Shown one piece after another: positions 17,610 to 28,630 of a stretch of DNA of 64,000 nt. The DNA comes from an uncultured Actinomycetes bacterium (lineage in GTDB: Bacteria > Actinomycetota > Thermoleophilia > Gaiellales > Gaiellaceae). The notes under the pieces are model-generated. The model had not been told where the DNA came from, did not search any database, and saw only the letters and a program-made list of their open reading frames with translations. Every line of letters starts with the position of its first letter. The first letter of the stretch is position 1. The stretch is from the NCBI GenBank assembly GCA_963848725.1, contig CAWKEV010000010.1, positions 550-64,549 of the forward strand, given 5' to 3'. The translations under genes were made by a program, and so were the position numbers.

Positions 17610-18530
17610 ATGCAACGCTCCCTCCCCGTCGCCGAGCGGCCGCGCCGGCCCGAGTGGATGAAGGTCCGCGCGCCGAGCGCCGACTCGCGCTACTACGAGG
17701 TCAAGGGCCTGATGCGCGAGGGCCGCCTCGTCACGATCTGCGAGGAGGCGCGCTGCCCGAACATCGGCGAGTGCTGGGGCCGCGGGACGGCGACCTTCCA
17801 GATTCTCGGCGACACCTGCACGCGCGCCTGCCGCTACTGCTACGTGCACTCGGGGAAGCCCGAGGCGGCGCCCGACCCGCTGGAGCCGCTCCGGCTCGCG
17901 CAAGCGGCTGCGCAGATGCAGCTCTCCCACGTCGTCGTCACGTCCGTCGACCGCGACGACGTCCCCGACCGCGGCGCGGCGCACTACGCGGCGACCATCC
18001 GTGCGATCCGCCGGAAGCTGCCGGAGGCTGACGTCGAGATCCTCACGCCCGACTTCCTCGGCGTCGAGGAGGAGGCGCTCGCCACCGTTCTCGCCGCCCG
18101 CCCAGACGTCTTCGGCCACAACATCGAGACCGTGCGCCGGCTACACGCGCGTATGCGCGGGGCGAAGGCGAGCTACGCGAAGGCGCTGTGGCTCCTACGG
18201 CGCGTGAAGGAGCTTGCCGACTACCGGGTGCTCACGAAGTCCGGGATCATCGTCGGCCTCGGCGAGACGAACGACGAGGTCGTGGAGACCATGCGCGACC
18301 TCCGCGCCCACAGCGTCGACGTCGTCACGATCGGGCAGTACCTGCAGCCGTCCCCCAAGCACGCCGAGATCGCCCGCTGGGTGCATCCCGACGAGTTCCG
18401 CTGGTTCCGCGAGCAGGGCGAGGCGTTGGGCTTCGGCTCCGTCTTCTCCGGCCCGCTGGTGCGCTCCTCGTACCGCGCGGACGAGCAACGCCACGCTGCC
18501 GAGACGGGGCGGGGCGCCGTCGCATACTGA
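17610..18530 (+). CDS. lipA: Lipoyl synthase LipA (radical SAM)
   Basis: CEEARCPNIGECW auxiliary-cluster motif and CTRACRYC radical-SAM motif. Confidence 0.96.
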   Translation: MQRSLPVAERPRRPEWMKVRAPSADSRYYEVKGLMREGRLVTICEEARCPNIGECWGRGTATFQILGDTCTRACRYCYVHSGKPEAAPDPLEPLRLAQAAAQMQLSHVVVTSVDRDDVPDRGAAHYAATIRAIRRKLPEADVEILTPDFLGVEEEALATVLAARPDVFGHNIETVRRLHARMRGAKASYAKALWLLRRVKELADYRVLTKSGIIVGLGETNDEVVETMRDLRAHSVDVVTIGQYLQPSPKHAEIARWVHPDEFRWFREQGEALGFGSVFSGPLVRSSYRADEQRHAAETGRGAVAY

Positions 18531-18602
18531 GATAGGCGAGGAGCCGCTGAGGTTCGGGCTGCAGCGGATCCAGTCGATGTTCGGCCAGGGAAAGATCCCG
18601 AG

Positions 18603-18635
18603 GACAGCGGGCCGCCGTCGAGGCGGCCCGCTGTC
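18603..18635. terminator. Bidirectional stem-loop between the convergent lipA and S53 peptidase genes
   Basis: GACAGCGGGCCGCC-GTCGA-GGCGGCCCGCTGTC, a perfect 14-bp stem. Confidence 0.65.
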
Positions 18636-18651
18636 GGAACGAGAGGTCGAT

Positions 18652-19980
18652 CTAAGGACGTGCGACGAGATCGTCGATCAGATTCGACGCGTTGGGGGTG
18701 CCGATGCCAGTCGCGAGGTCGTAGCCGGCCTTCGCGGAGAAACCCTGCACCGGGGCACCATCGAGCGTGTTGTTGCCGGTGGTGATGTCGTGGAAGTCCG
18801 TCGCGTACTCCGACGGGTTGCCGTAGATGGCGTACAGCGCCGGGTTGGCAGGACCAATCGGCCCTTTGCCCGCATCGGCTCGTGCCTCGTTCGCGAGCGC
18901 GAAGATGCCAGCCCATTGCGGCGATCCAGCGCTCGTGCCTCCAACCAGGAAGATGGACGGCAGCTGGACGACGAGAACGCCACCGTTGAGTGCGGCGTTA
19001 TAGGCGACGTCCGGAGTCGCTCGAACATTCGAGCCGGTCACGCCGGCCTGGTACGTGGGCGTCGGGAAGAGCTGGCTCGGAGCCCCTCCGGTAGCCAGTG
19101 GAACGTCCGCCACGTCCGGCTCGTTCCAGACCGCCTCGCCGCCATATGTGCAGTCGTCCGTGACGAGGCTCTCACAGAGGCCGTATGGGTATGGGAGCCC
19201 CTGCGTGCCGCCTACGCCGGTAACCAGCGGATCGGAGGCGGGGTACGTGGCCGTATTCGAGCTCGACCCGCCCGTCGCACCGAAGTCAGTAACCGACGCC
19301 AGCACCGTGTCGCCCTTGGACGCGAAGTCGGCGTAGTTCTTCATCGCCTGCTGCACCTGGATGTTGTTGCCCTTGATCACGTTCTCGTTGATGCCGAAGC
19401 TCTGCGAGACGATCGCGCCCGGGTACTTCGACACGATGCTCTTCTCGGTCGAATTGATCGCGTTCCCGGACGAGCTCGGCGCTTCCGCGAGCACGAGCGC
19501 GGCGCCCGGAGCGATGGCATGGGCCCATTCCACGTCCAGAGCGGTCTCGAGCGCCCAGCTCGCAGCATCGTGCGGGCCGGCTTTCTGGGTATTGGAGCCG
19601 TGGTAGACCGTGAAGGACGGAGGATCGGGTAGACCAAAGAATTGGTCGAACGTCGCGAGATTCTGTTCGATGTTCGGATCGCCATAGGCGTCGACGATCA
19701 CGATCGTCTGACCCGTGCCCGTCAGATTCGACGGCACGTTGTACGCATTGCGGATCTGCGTCGGGTCGTAGCACGCAAGCGGCGGAGGAACACCGAAGAG
19801 GTCCTCGCAGTGGTTGCCGAATCCTGGGACCTGCCCGCGGACGAGCGAGCTGACCGCCGGGCCCTTGATCATCGGCGGGTTGGCGACGTAGTTGTAGTCG
19901 CCGTTAGCGCCTGAGCCGGCACTGGCCGTCAAGGCTGCGACGGCTGCTGCGAGCGCGACGACGATGACTGTGTATCTCAT
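18652..19980 (-). CDS. Secreted S53 (sedolisin/kumamolisin-like) serine-carboxyl peptidase
   Basis: Signal peptide MRYTVIVVALAAAVAALTASA, ETALDVEWAHAIAPGA (Glu/Asp region) and GGTSAGSPQWAG (catalytic Ser motif). A/T-ending codons are visibly more frequent than in neighbouring genes. Confidence 0.85.
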   Translation of the reverse strand: MRYTVIVVALAAAVAALTASAGSGANGDYNYVANPPMIKGPAVSSLVRGQVPGFGNHCEDLFGVPPPLACYDPTQIRNAYNVPSNLTGTGQTIVIVDAYGDPNIEQNLATFDQFFGLPDPPSFTVYHGSNTQKAGPHDAASWALETALDVEWAHAIAPGAALVLAEAPSSSGNAINSTEKSIVSKYPGAIVSQSFGINENVIKGNNIQVQQAMKNYADFASKGDTVLASVTDFGATGGSSSNTATYPASDPLVTGVGGTQGLPYPYGLCESLVTDDCTYGGEAVWNEPDVADVPLATGGAPSQLFPTPTYQAGVTGSNVRATPDVAYNAALNGGVLVVQLPSIFLVGGTSAGSPQWAGIFALANEARADAGKGPIGPANPALYAIYGNPSEYATDFHDITTGNNTLDGAPVQGFSAKAGYDLATGIGTPNASNLIDDLVARP

Positions 19981-20184
19981 GCGTGTTGCCCCCTCTCCCT
20001 GGGTCGAGCCCGCGGCACTGCGCCCGCGGACACATGGTCGAACGAACTCACCTTATGCATGAAACCGCGCTCGGATCGCTCCTAAATGCTCACGGCCTCG
20101 GGTCTGACAGCGGCGACGAGTGTACGCCGTCGGCCTTCTCCGCTGCGCAAGCATGCGCTCCGGTCGAGCCACGTGCCTGCAGGC

Positions 20185-21513
20185 CTAGCCGTGCGGATTG
20201 GCCAGCTTGCGGTAGTCGAGCGCCTCGTCGAGCACCGCATCCTCGACGCCCGCGTCGCGAGCGACCTCGCGGAGCGAACGCCCCGAGGCGGTCGCGTCCT
20301 TCACGATCTCCGTCGCCTTGTCGTAGCCGATGTACGGATTCAGCGCGGTCGCGGCGGCGAGGGTGAGCTCCGCGTAGCGCTCGCACTGCTCGCGATTCGC
20401 CTCGATCCCGTCCACGCACTTCTCGGCGAGGAGACGGCTCGCGCTCGCGAGGAGCCGGATCGAGTCGAGCAGGTTCCGCGCCATCAGCGGGACGAAGACG
20501 TTCAGCTCGAAGTGCCCCTGGAGACCGCCGACCGTGATCGCCGCGTCGTTCCCGATCACCTGCGCCGCGACCTGGGTGACGACCTCCGGAATGACGGGGT
20601 TGACCTTCCCCGGCATGATCGAGCTCCCCTTCTGGAGCTCGGGGAGGAAGATCTCGGACAGACCAGCACGCGGGCCCGAGCCCATCAGCCGCAGGTCGTT
20701 CGCGATCTTCGTCAGGGACACGGCGACGACCTTCAGTGCCCCCGACGTCTCCACGAGCCCGTCGCGCGCAGCCTGTGACTCGAAATGATCGGCCGGCGCC
20801 GAGATGGTGAGCCCGGTCTCGCGCGAGAGCTGCTCGCGGACACGGGCGGCGAACTCCGGGTGGGTGTTGAGCCCGGTGCCGGTCGCCGTGCCGCCGAGCG
20901 GGATCTGACCGAGTCGCGGCGATGCGTCCCGTAGCCGCGCGATCCCCTGGCGCACCTGCGCCGCGTAGCCGGCGAACTCCTGCCCGAGCGTCACCGGGAC
21001 CGCGTCCATCAGGTGCGTGCGGCCGGACTTGACGACGTCGTCGAACTCGCGCGCCTTCCCCGCCAGGGCGGCCGCAAGGAGCTCGAGCGCCGGCAGCAGG
21101 TCGTCGGTGAGCTCGCCGAGGGCGGCGAGGTGCACCGCCGACGGGAACACGTCGTTCGAGGACTGGCCCATGTTGACGTGATCGTTCGGGTGCACGTCGT
21201 CACCCGCGAGCGCCGCGATGACCTCGTTCGCGTTCATGTTCGAGCTCGTGCCGGAGCCCGTCTGGAAGACGTCGATCGGGAACTGGTCGTCGAGCTCGCC
21301 CGCCGCGACCCGGTCCCCCGCCGCGGCGATACGCTCCGCGAGATCCGGGTCGAGGAGCCCGAGCTCGGCGTTCACGCGCGCCGCGGCCGCCTTGATCCGG
21401 CCGAGCCAGCGGGCGACGGGTGCCGGAATCGGCTCGCCGGAAACGGGGAAGTTCTCGACCGCCTTACGCGTCTCGGTTCCCCAGAGCTCGTCCCGTTCGG
21501 CCGTCCCGCTCAC
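20185..21513 (-). CDS. fumC: Class II fumarate hydratase
   Basis: [15 protein letters not shown] and [15 protein letters not shown] signature motifs. The whole sequence resembles actinobacterial FumC rather than AspA. Confidence 0.85.
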   Translation of the reverse strand: MSGTAERDELWGTETRKAVENFPVSGEPIPAPVARWLGRIKAAAARVNAELGLLDPDLAERIAAAGDRVAAGELDDQFPIDVFQTGSGTSSNMNANEVIAALAGDDVHPNDHVNMGQSSNDVFPSAVHLAALGELTDDLLPALELLAAALAGKAREFDDVVKSGRTHLMDAVPVTLGQEFAGYAAQVRQGIARLRDASPRLGQIPLGGTATGTGLNTHPEFAARVREQLSRETGLTISAPADHFESQAARDGLVETSGALKVVAVSLTKIANDLRLMGSGPRAGLSEIFLPELQKGSSIMPGKVNPVIPEVVTQVAAQVIGNDAAITVGGLQGHFELNVFVPLMARNLLDSIRLLASASRLLAEKCVDGIEANREQCERYAELTLAAATALNPYIGYDKATEIVKDATASGRSLREVARDAGVEDAVLDEALDYRKLANPHG

Positions 21514-21522
21514 GGACCGAGT

Positions 21523-22881
21523 CTAGCCACGGCCTGCTTCCAGGAGCTCCGCCCACGAGCTGAGCTTGACACGGGGACGACCGAGCGCGGCACCGCGGGC
21601 CTTCTCGACCGCGTCGATCGCCCCCCAGCCCGCGTACGTCACGACCTCGACGCCGCGCTCCTCGAGCAGCTCGTCGATCGTCGGGGAGCTCTCGCGGGAG
21701 AGCACACCGGCCCGCGCATCCTCGAGCAGCAGCTCGGCCGTCTCGGTCGCGTCCTTCTTGTTCGTGCCGATCACACCTGTCGGCCCACGCTTGATCCACC
21801 CGGCGCAGTACAGGCCGGGGACAGGAACTCCGTGCTCGTCCAGGACGCGGCCGCCCGCGTTCGGCAGCGTCCCGGTCCGCTCGTCGAAGGGAACGCCGGG
21901 AAGCGGCACTCCGTGGTAGCCGACGCTCCGAAACACGATCCCGCACGGGACGATCTCGCGCTCCTCGGTCGGGACCGCCTGGACGCGCCCGCTCGTGTCG
22001 GCCTCGAGCCGGTTGCGTACGAGCTCGACGCCCTCGATGCGCTCGTCTCCGCAGAAGGCAACCGGCGAGACGCGAAATCGGAGACGCACGGTCCGCGGCT
22101 TCCCCGTCGGCTCGCGGGCGGCGAATCCCCGGAGCACCTCGAAGCTCCGCCGGACGATTGGCGCGGCGGCGGCGAGCTCCGCCTCGCTCGCGGAGTCCAG
22201 CTCGAGGTCCGCGGGGTCGACGAGGATGTCCGCGCCCGCGAGCTCGCCCATCTCCTGGAGCTCTGGCGCCGTCCATGCAGCCTGAACCGGGCCGCGCCGA
22301 CCGAGGACGAGGAGCTCGCGGATTCCCGACCCGGCGATGGCCTCTCGCGCCGCGTCCGTCGTGTCGGTGGGCGCGAGCTCCTCCTCCGTGAGCACGAGCA
22401 TCCGGGCGACGTCGAGGGCGACGTTGCCGTTGCCGATGACGACGGCGCGCTCACCCGAGAGGTCGAACCGGAGCTCCTGGTAGTCCGGATGGCCGTTGTA
22501 CCAGGCCACGAGCTCGGTAGCGGCCCAGGAGCCCGGGAGATCCTCACCGGGGATCCCGAGCCGCCGGTCGGTCTGGGCGCCGACCGCGTAGACGACCGCG
22601 TCGTACAGGCGCAGGAGCTCGTCGTGCGTCACGTCGCGGCCGACCTCCACGTTGCCGAGGAAGCGGAGCCCGGGTCTCGCGGCGATCTTCTCGAATGCAC
22701 GCGAGACCGCCTTGAGCTGAGGGTGGTCCGGCGCGACGCCCAGCCGGACGAGCCCCCACGGCGTGGGCAGGCGCTCGAGCAGGTCGACCTCGACGGGCAG
22801 CTCGGCGTCGAGGAGATGACCTGCCTCGTAGAACGCCGCCGGCCCCGACCCGACGACAGCGACGCGAAGAGGCTCGCTCAT
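21523..22881 (-). CDS. fprA: NADPH-ferredoxin (adrenodoxin-type) reductase, FprA-like
   Basis: VAVVGSGPAAFY dinucleotide fold, VAPDHP, and a second fold AVVIGNGNVALDVARML. 452 aa, as in Mycobacterium FprA. Confidence 0.85.
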   Translation of the reverse strand: MSEPLRVAVVGSGPAAFYEAGHLLDAELPVEVDLLERLPTPWGLVRLGVAPDHPQLKAVSRAFEKIAARPGLRFLGNVEVGRDVTHDELLRLYDAVVYAVGAQTDRRLGIPGEDLPGSWAATELVAWYNGHPDYQELRFDLSGERAVVIGNGNVALDVARMLVLTEEELAPTDTTDAAREAIAGSGIRELLVLGRRGPVQAAWTAPELQEMGELAGADILVDPADLELDSASEAELAAAAPIVRRSFEVLRGFAAREPTGKPRTVRLRFRVSPVAFCGDERIEGVELVRNRLEADTSGRVQAVPTEEREIVPCGIVFRSVGYHGVPLPGVPFDERTGTLPNAGGRVLDEHGVPVPGLYCAGWIKRGPTGVIGTNKKDATETAELLLEDARAGVLSRESSPTIDELLEERGVEVVTYAGWGAIDAVEKARGAALGRPRVKLSSWAELLEAGRG

Positions 22882-22944
22882 CTCGTCGATGCTACTTCCG
22901 TGCTGCGCGCCCGCCGTGGGTGCGACGTGCGGTGGCGGCGGCCG

Positions 22945-23385
22945 CTAGGTAACGGCGGGAGCCCCTTCCAACGACGGTGGCGATGGTGCCGAGCGCCACT
23001 CGTCGCGAGCGATCCAGCCCGCGACCGTGAACATCACGAGTGCGTTCACTGGATGGAAGAAGCCGAGCGCCGGGACCGCAAAGCCCAACCCGGCGAGGAT
23101 GATCTGGAGGACGAGGAGCAACGCAAGGACGCCGTGGCGTCCGAGTCGCCACTTCCCGATGCCGGCGATGACCCCGACGATCAGCAGCAGGAGCACCGTG
23201 ACGATCACCGCGAGCGCGCCTCCTCCATGGAGTGTGAACCCGTGATCGAACTGATCGCTGGTGATCACCTTGGGCTGCTTGTCGAGCTTGTGCGCCGCAT
23301 AGAACGCCCCGTATCCGGCGAAGCCGACCTGGACCACGATCGCCACGAAAGCGAGCGTCGCGAGCCACTTGTATACCGCTCTCAC
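22945..23385 (-). CDS. Hypothetical integral membrane protein (4 predicted helices)
   Basis: Hydrophobic segments WLATLAFVAIVVQVGFAGYGAF, ALAVIVTVLLLLIVGVIAGI, VLALLLVLQIILAGLGFAV and ALVMFTVAGWI. The start is uncertain: GTG 23385, or the ORF start at 23442. Confidence 0.55.
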   Translation of the reverse strand: MRAVYKWLATLAFVAIVVQVGFAGYGAFYAAHKLDKQPKVITSDQFDHGFTLHGGGALAVIVTVLLLLIVGVIAGIGKWRLGRHGVLALLLVLQIILAGLGFAVPALGFFHPVNALVMFTVAGWIARDEWRSAPSPPSLEGAPAVT

Positions 23386-23475
23386 CCGTCCCTCCCGGTT
23401 GCTGACGGGCGCGAGCCTACGGCACCCGTCGGCCGACCACAAGCGAGGGAGGCATCTCGGCTCGGCGAACGCGCG

Positions 23476-23904
23476 TCAGTGCGAACAACCGGAGCCGCAG
23501 CCGCCCATCTCCGTGCCTTCGGGCAGCTCCTCGCCCTCTTCCACCTGGAAGGAGTGACCGCAGCCACAGGACGAGACGGCGTTCGGGTTCTCGATCTTGA
23601 ACCCGGACTCCTGGATCGTGTTCAAGAAGTCGATCGTCGTGCCCTGGAGGTACGGGGCGCTGAAGGGGTCGACGACGACGGGGACGCCCTCGAGCTCGAG
23701 CTCGAGATCCCCCTCGACGGAGCTCGAGTCGAAGCCGAGCCCGTACTGGAAGCCGGAGCACCCGCCACCCTGGATCGCCACCCGGAGGACGAGGGAGTCG
23801 CCGTCCGGCTCCTCAGCGAGGAGCTCCTTCACCTTCTGCGCCGCGACGGGCGTCAAGGTGATGAGGGTGTCGGTGGGGTGCTCGACTATTGCCACGAAGC
23901 TCAT
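23476..23904 (-). CDS. erpA: A-type iron-sulfur cluster carrier (ErpA/IscA/HesB family) with a Cys-containing C-terminal extension
   Basis: RVAIQGGGCSGFQY and ...SCGCGHSF canonical motifs. These are followed by an extra 23 aa, QVEEGEELPEGTEMGGCGSGCSH. Confidence 0.88.
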   Translation of the reverse strand: MSFVAIVEHPTDTLITLTPVAAQKVKELLAEEPDGDSLVLRVAIQGGGCSGFQYGLGFDSSSVEGDLELELEGVPVVVDPFSAPYLQGTTIDFLNTIQESGFKIENPNAVSSCGCGHSFQVEEGEELPEGTEMGGCGSGCSH

Positions 23905-24046
23905 GGTAGCGGACGGGTCGCTGGGTTCCAGGGGGCGACTTTGTGACAGTCGCATCGCTCATTCCGTGCCGTGATGCGGATCCCTTCGTGCGTCCGAGAA
24001 GGGGAGTGGTAGGTTTCGTCGCGAGTCGTCCGAAGTCCGCGCGGGG

Positions 24047-24421
24047 GTGCGTCTCGTGCTCGCAAATTGGCTGCCGTTCCTCATCTACGCACTCCTGGCT
24101 GCGGCGATTCCGGCGACGATGATCGCGGGCTCGTTCATCCTCCCGAGCCGCCCGCGCGCGCGGACGCGGCAGAAGATGCTCCCCTTCGAGTCCGGCGTCG
24201 CGGAGGTCGCGCCGAGCCAGGAACGGCGCTTCACCGTGAGCTTCTACCTCACCGCGATCCTCTTCATCCTCTTCGATATCGAGATCGTCTTCCTCTACCC
24301 GCTCGCGGTGCAGCTGAACGCGCTCGGGTGGTTCGGTCTCGGCGAGTTCCTCGCGTTCGTCGCCGTGCTGGCGATCGCGTACGTCTACATCTGGGGGAAA
24401 GGAGCGCTCAACTGGCACTGA
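24047..24421 (+). CDS. nuoA: NADH-quinone oxidoreductase subunit A
   Basis: 124 aa, 3 TM helices, FESG...[10 protein letters not shown] motif. Confidence 0.93.
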   Translation: MRLVLANWLPFLIYALLAAAIPATMIAGSFILPSRPRARTRQKMLPFESGVAEVAPSQERRFTVSFYLTAILFILFDIEIVFLYPLAVQLNALGWFGLGEFLAFVAVLAIAYVYIWGKGALNWH

Positions 24422-24483
24422 AGCGCGAGCTCCCGCTGGTCAGCGACCGCCCGCTCGCGCAGGCCGGGCTCCAGTCGGAGCGC

Positions 24484-25014
24484 GTGCTCTGGCCCGAGCG
24501 CGGCCCCGGCGTCTTCGAGCGCGAGGTCGCGGAGATCGAGGACGCGCTCCTCCTGACGACCGTCGAGAAGGCGGTCGCATGGGCGCGGACCGGCTCGATG
24601 TGGCCCGACACGTTCGGGCTCGCCTGCTGCGCGATCGAGATGATGTCGATCGTCTCGTCGCGGTACGACATCGCGCGCTTCGGGATGGAGAAGTTCAGCT
24701 CGTCCCCGCGGCAGGCGGACCTGCTGATCATCTCCGGGCGCGTCACGCACAAGATGGCCCCGCCGCTGCGGCAGGTCTACGACCAGATGCTCGAGCCGAA
24801 GTGGGTGATCGCGATGGGCGCGTGCGCGAGCTCCGGCGGGATGTTCAACAACTACACGATCCTCCAGGGCGTCGACAAGATCGTCCCCGTGGACATCCAC
24901 GTACCGGGCTGTCCGCCTCGGCCAGAGGCGCTGATGGAGGGAATCATCCGGCTGCACGAGAAGGTCCGCGCGGGCATCCCCCCGGCATACGAGATCCGCG
25001 GAGTCGCCGAGTGA
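24484..25014 (+). CDS. nuoB: NADH-quinone oxidoreductase subunit B
   Basis: [20 protein letters not shown] and PGCPPRPE cluster N2 motifs. The start is uncertain; GTG 24484 after GGAG was chosen. Confidence 0.9.
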   Translation: MLWPERGPGVFEREVAEIEDALLLTTVEKAVAWARTGSMWPDTFGLACCAIEMMSIVSSRYDIARFGMEKFSSSPRQADLLIISGRVTHKMAPPLRQVYDQMLEPKWVIAMGACASSGGMFNNYTILQGVDKIVPVDIHVPGCPPRPEALMEGIIRLHEKVRAGIPPAYEIRGVAE

Positions 25015-25566
25015 GCCCGATCAACTACGCCGGCGTCCCCGGGCTCGTGGAAACGACGGGCTCGCGGGGCGAGACGACGCTCGTGGTGGACCCCGCCCGA
25101 CTCGTCGAGGCATGTACATACGCTGCGCGACGAGCTCGGCTTCAACTTCCTCGCGGACATCGCATCCGCCGACTACCTCGGCTGGGGTGAGAAGGGGGTC
25201 GCCGGTTACCTCGGCACCGCCGACGGGCGCGACCTGAACCAGCCCGGCTCGCAGGGGCTCGAGCGCGTCCCCGACCCGAAGCCGAAGCGCTTCTCGCTCT
25301 CGTACCACCTGCTACGCCTGAGCGACGAGCCCGTGCGCGTGCGCGTTCAGGTGTGGCTCGACGACGGCGAGGGAGTCCCGACCGTCATCCCGGTGTGGCC
25401 GGCTGCCGATTGGTTCGAGCGCGAGGCGTGGGACATGATGGGCGTCCCGATCGACGGGCACCCGTATCCCACGCGGATCCTCATGCCCGAGGACTGGGAG
25501 GGGCACCCGCTCCGCAAGGACTACCCGCTCGGCGGCGAGCCCGTCCGCTTCTCGGACGAGGACTGA
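25011..25566 (+). pseudogene. nuoC: NADH-quinone oxidoreductase subunit C, reading frame interrupted near 25115-25124
   Basis: The N-terminus [37 protein letters not shown] is in frame 0 (GTG 25011). The continuation [21 protein letters not shown]...[19 protein letters not shown]...[10 protein letters not shown] is in frame 1 up to the stop at 25566. Confidence 0.85.
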
Positions 25567-25567
25567 A

Positions 25568-26836
25568 ATGGCGGTCGTCGCTCGAAAGCGCATCTACGAG
25601 GGCACGCGGATCCCGAGCCCGACGCCGACGATCCTCGAGATCGATCCGGAGAAGCACCGGCTCGGGGACATCCTCACCGTCAACTTCGGGCCGAACCACC
25701 CCTCGACGCACGGCGTCCTCCGCCTCGTCGTCGACCTGGACGGCGAGACGGTCGCCGGCCTCCGCGCCGTCATCGGCTACCTCCACACCGGGTTCGAGAA
25801 GAACATGGAGGCGAAGTCGTGGTGGAAGTCGGTGACGTACGCGCCGCGGATCGACTACGTCTCCTTCCACGCGAACGAGCTGGTCTACGTGCTCGCGATC
25901 GAGAAGCTGCTCGGGACCGAGGTGCCGCGGCGCGCCACCTGGGCGCGCATGGCGCTGACGGAGCTCACGCGCATCCACTCGCATCTCGTCTGGCTCGGCA
26001 CCTCGGCCCTCGAGCTGGGGGCGATCTCGATCTTCTGGTACGCGTTCGACGACCGCGACGCCGTCCTCGACCTGTTCGAGCTCGCCGGCGGGACGCGGAT
26101 GCACACGCGGTACGTGCAGGTCGGCGGGCTCGCCGAGGACCTCCCGCCCGGCTTCACGGCCGAGGCGCGGAAGTTCTGCGACCAGATGCCCAAGTCGGTC
26201 GACGAGTACGAGGCGATCCTCGACCGGCAGGCAATCTGGCTCGAACGCACGAAGGGCGTGGGTCTCCTGTCGGCAGACGACGCCATCGCGCTCGCCCAGT
26301 CCGGCCCCATGCTGCGCGCCTCGGGCGTCGACTGGGACCTGCGCAAGCGCATGCCCTACCTCGCCTACGACGAGGTCGATTTCGACGTCCCCGTCTATCC
26401 GAACGGCGACGTCTACGACCGCTACAAGGTGCACATGGACGAGATGCGCGAGTCGGCGCGCATCGTCCGCCAGTGCCTCGACCGGATCGACGAGATGGAC
26501 GGCGAGCCATGGATCGCCGACGACCGCAAGGTCGTCCTCCCGCCCCGGCACGAGCTCCACACGTCGATGGAGTCGCTGATCCACCACTTCAAGATCGTCA
26601 CCGAGGGCTACTTCGTGCCCGAGGGCGAGGTGTACGTCGCGATCGAGTCGCCGCGCGGGGAGGCGGGCTGCTACCTCGTGTCGGACGGCGGGCCGCGGCC
26701 GTGGCGCGTGAAATTCCGAGCGCCGAGCTTCGCGGCGTTGCAGGCGACCGCGACGATCGCGCAGGAGCAGCTCATCGCCGACCTGATCGCCGCCGCCGGC
26801 TCGCTCGACCCAGTCATGGGAGACGCCGACCGGTGA
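25568..26836 (+). CDS. nuoD: NADH-quinone oxidoreductase subunit D
   Basis: 422 aa. NFGPNHPSTHGVLRLVVDLDGE...RIHSHLVWLGT. Confidence 0.97.
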   Translation: MAVVARKRIYEGTRIPSPTPTILEIDPEKHRLGDILTVNFGPNHPSTHGVLRLVVDLDGETVAGLRAVIGYLHTGFEKNMEAKSWWKSVTYAPRIDYVSFHANELVYVLAIEKLLGTEVPRRATWARMALTELTRIHSHLVWLGTSALELGAISIFWYAFDDRDAVLDLFELAGGTRMHTRYVQVGGLAEDLPPGFTAEARKFCDQMPKSVDEYEAILDRQAIWLERTKGVGLLSADDAIALAQSGPMLRASGVDWDLRKRMPYLAYDEVDFDVPVYPNGDVYDRYKVHMDEMRESARIVRQCLDRIDEMDGEPWIADDRKVVLPPRHELHTSMESLIHHFKIVTEGYFVPEGEVYVAIESPRGEAGCYLVSDGGPRPWRVKFRAPSFAALQATATIAQEQLIADLIAAAGSLDPVMGDADR

Positions 26837-27307
26837 GCACGGCGTTCTCCGACAGCGTGCAGAAGCTCCGCAAGCTCTACCCGGAGCGCCACTCCGCGAT
26901 CCTGCCTGCGCTGCGTCTCGCACAGGAGGAGAACGGCGGCTGGCTCTCCCCGGACGCGCTGCGCGAGGTCGCGGACGCCCTCGAGGTCACCCCCGCCTAC
27001 TGCCTCTCGATCGCCTCCTTCTACGACCAGCTTCGGCTCGAGCCCAGCGGGCGCACCGAAGTCGAGGTGTGCACGAACGTCTCGTGCGCGCTCGCCGGTG
27101 CGCAGCAGGTCCTGGACGCGCTCGCGGAGGAGCTCGGGGTCGCGCCGGGCACGACGTCGGCCGACGGCGAGATCTATCTCGGGACGGTCGAGTGCCTCGG
27201 CGGCTGTGGCTGGGCAACCGTGGTCTCGGTCGACAACCGGCACCACCTGCGCGTTCAGCCCGCGGACGTGCCGGCGCTCGTTGCCGAGCTCCGTGGGGAG
27301 GAGAGCC

Positions 27308-27321
<14 letters not shown>
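26833..27321 (+). CDS. nuoE: NADH-quinone oxidoreductase subunit E
   Basis: VCTNVSCALAG and VECLGGCGWA [2Fe-2S] motifs. GTGA overlap with nuoD. Confidence 0.93.

Positions 27322-28622
<1,301 letters not shown>

Positions 28623-28630
<8 letters not shown>

Noticed and set aside
21013-23946. 977-aa plus-strand ORF spanning fumC, fprA, the membrane protein and erpA
   Set aside because: It lies entirely antisense to four well-supported genes. Its Arg/Asp/Glu/Leu-rich composition shows no motifs. It is a high-G+C artefact.
25105-25135. Programmed ribosomal frameshift in nuoC
   Set aside because: There is no slippery heptamer, no in-frame stop immediately at the shift site, and no obvious downstream stimulatory structure. 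The window contains many other unrelated frame breaks, so an indel is more likely.
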